Part shown: positions 61,501-64,000 of the stretch, piece after piece | Layout: every line of letters begins with the position of its first letter | Position numbering within the stretch: position 1 is the stretch's first letter | NCBI RefSeq assembly: GCF_006345805.1 | Contig: NC_043025.1 | Location: forward strand, 15,810,001-15,874,000 | Reading direction: 5' to 3' | Length of the DNA stretch: 64,000 nucleotides | DNA from: Octopus sinensis | Taxonomy: Eukaryota | Translations under genes and position numbers: made by a program | Notes under the pieces: generated by a model | Database searches by the model: none | What the model was told of the DNA's origin: nothing | Seen by the model: only the letters and a program-made list of their open reading frames with translations

Positions 61501-64000
61501 TTTGAGATATAAGGTATTATTTGAGATAGTAAGGTATTATAAGAGATAATAAGGTATTATTTGAGATAATAAGGTATTATTTGAGATAGTAAGGTATTAT
61601 TTGAGATAGTAAGGTATTATTTGAGATAGTAAGGTATTATTTGAGATAATAAGGTATTATTTGAGATAGTAAGGTATTATTTGAGATAGTAAGTTATTAT
61701 TTGAGATAGTAAGGTATTATTTGAGATAGTAAGGTATTATTTGAGATAGTAAGGTATTATCTGAGATAATAAGGTATTATTTGAGATAATAAGGTATTAT
61801 TTGAGATAATAAGGTATTGTTTGAGATAGTAAGGTATTATTTGAGATAATAAGGTATTATTTGAGATAGTAAGGTATTATCTGAAATAATAAGGTATTAT
61901 TTGAGATAGTAAGGTATTATTTGAGATAGTAAGGTATTATTTGAGATAGTAAGGTATTATCTGAGATAGTAAGGTATTATTTGAGATAGTAACGTATTAT
62001 TTGAGATAATAAGGTATTATTTGAGATAATAAGGTATTATTTGAGATAATAAGGTATTATTTGAGATAGTAAGGTATTATCTGAGATAATAAGGTATTAT
62101 TTGAGATAGTAAGGTATTATTTGAGATAGTAAGGTATTATTTGAGATAGTAAGGTATTATCTGAGATAATAAGGTATTATTGAGATAGTAAGGTATTATT
62201 TGAGATAGTAAGGTATTATTTGAGATAGTAAGGTATTATTTGAGATAGTAAGGTATTATTTGAGATAATAAGGTATTATTTGAGATAGTAAGGTATTATT
62301 TGAGATAATAAGGTATTATTTGAGATAATAAGGTATTATTTGAGATAGTAAGGTATTATTTGAGATAGTAAGGTATTAATTGAGATAGTAAGGTATTATT
62401 TGAGATAGTAAGGTATTATTTGAGATAGTAAGGTATTATTGAGATAATAAGGTATTATTTGAGATAGTAAGGTATTATTTGAGATAGTAAGGTATTATTT
62501 GAGATAATAAGGTATTATTTGAGATAGTAAGGTATTATTTGAGATAGTAGGTATTATTTGAGATAATAAGGTATTATTTGAGATAATAAGGTATTATTTG
62601 AGATAGTAAGGTATTATTTGAGATAGTAAGGTATTATTTGAGATAATAAGGTATTATTGAGATAGTAAGGTATTATTTGAGATAGTAAGGTATTTTTGAG
62701 ATAATAAGGTATTATTTGAGATAGTAGGTATTATTTGAGATAGTAAGGTATTATTTGAGATAATAAGGTATTATTGATGAGTAGTAAGGTATTATTTGAG
62801 ATAGTAATGTATTATTTGAGATAATAAGGTATTATTTGAGATAGTAAGGTATTATTTGAGATAGTAAGGTATATTTGAGATAATAAGGATTATTTGAGAT
62901 AGTAAGGTATTATTGGAGATAGTAAGGTATTATTTGAGATAATAAGGTATTATTTGAGATATAGTAAGGTATTATTTGAGATAGTAAGGTATTATTTGAG
63001 ATAATAAGGTATTATTTGAGATAGTAAGGTATATTTGAGATAGTAAGGTATTATTTGAGATAATAAGGTATTATTTGAGATAGTAAGGTATTATTTGAGA
63101 TAGTAAGGTATTATTTGAGATAATAAGGTATATTTGAGATAGTAAGGTATTATTTGAGATAGTAAGGTATTATTTGAGATAGTAAGGTATTATTTGAGAT
63201 AGTAAGGTATTATTTGAGATAATAAGGTATTATTTGAGATAGTAAGGTATTATTTGAGATAATAAGGTATTATTTGAGATAATAAGGTATTATTTGAGAT
63301 AATAAGGTATTATTTGAGATAGTAAGGTATTATTTGAGAGAGTAAGGTATTATTTGAGATAGTAAGGTATTATTTGAGATAATAAGGTATTATTTGAGAT
63401 AGTAAGGTATTATTTGAGATACTAAGGTATTATTTGAGATAATAAGGTATTATTTGAGATAGTAAGGTCTATTTGAGATAGTAAGGTATTATTTGAGATA
63501 ATAAGGTATTATTTGAGATAGTAAGGTATTATTTGAGAGTAAGGTATTATTTGAGATAATAAGGTATTATTTGAGATAATAAGGTATTATTGAGATAGTA
63601 AGGTATTATTTGAGATAGTAAGGTATTATTTGAGATAGTAAGGTATTATTTGAGATAGTAAGGTATTATTGAGATAGTAAGGTATTATTTGAGATAATAA
63701 GGTATTATTTGAGATAGTAAGGTATTATTTGAGATAGTAAGGTATATTTGAGATAATAAGGTATTATTTGAGATAGTAAGGTATTATTTGAGATAGTAAT
63801 GTATTATTTGAGATAATAAGGTATTATTTGAGATAGTAAGGTATTATTTGAGATAGTAAGGTATTATTTGAGATAATAAAGTATTATTTGAGATAATAAG
63901 GTATTATTTGAGATAGTAAGGTATATTTGAGATAATAAGGTATTATTTGAGATAGTAAGGTATATTTGAGATAGTAATGTATTATTTGAGATAATAAGGT
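58571..64000. repeat. 20-bp tandem satellite, at least 5.4 kb, ~270 units, running off the window
   Basis: Consensus gagatagtaaggtattattt; main variants gagataataagg and tatctgag. Confidence 0.98.

Overview
AT-rich, repeat-dense animal genomic DNA. The SINE, RTE-LINE and Helitron families resemble those of octopod cephalopods (Octopus; inferred from recall, not a database search). The only host gene I can support is a Golgi alpha-mannosidase II (GH38, MAN2A-like) on the minus strand. Four internal exons are visible (57821-58023, 35629-35811, 24402-24516, 23862-23928), with GT-AG sites and compatible phases, except that the last exon is one A short in a homopolymer, giving an apparent frameshift. 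The gene's first and last exons lie outside the window, so the rest is inferred to be intronic. About half the window is three large tandem arrays: a 107-bp unit (~5.1-15.36 kb), a 42-bp unit (38.6-55.6 kb) and a 20-bp unit (58.57 kb to the end). The remainder holds RTE LINE copies in alternating orientation, CR1 and Penelope fragments, Helitrons, mariner/maT relics, tRNA-derived SINEs, MITEs and several long foldbacks. A 100-N scaffold gap lies at 15363-15462. The long ORFs over the 42-bp array are repeat artefacts. Main leads: near-identical inverted RTE copies bracketing two exons; a shared seed motif for the 20-bp and 107-bp satellites; a hammerhead-like motif near a Penelope fragment; and two different Helitrons at the identical nucleotide of the 107-bp unit.
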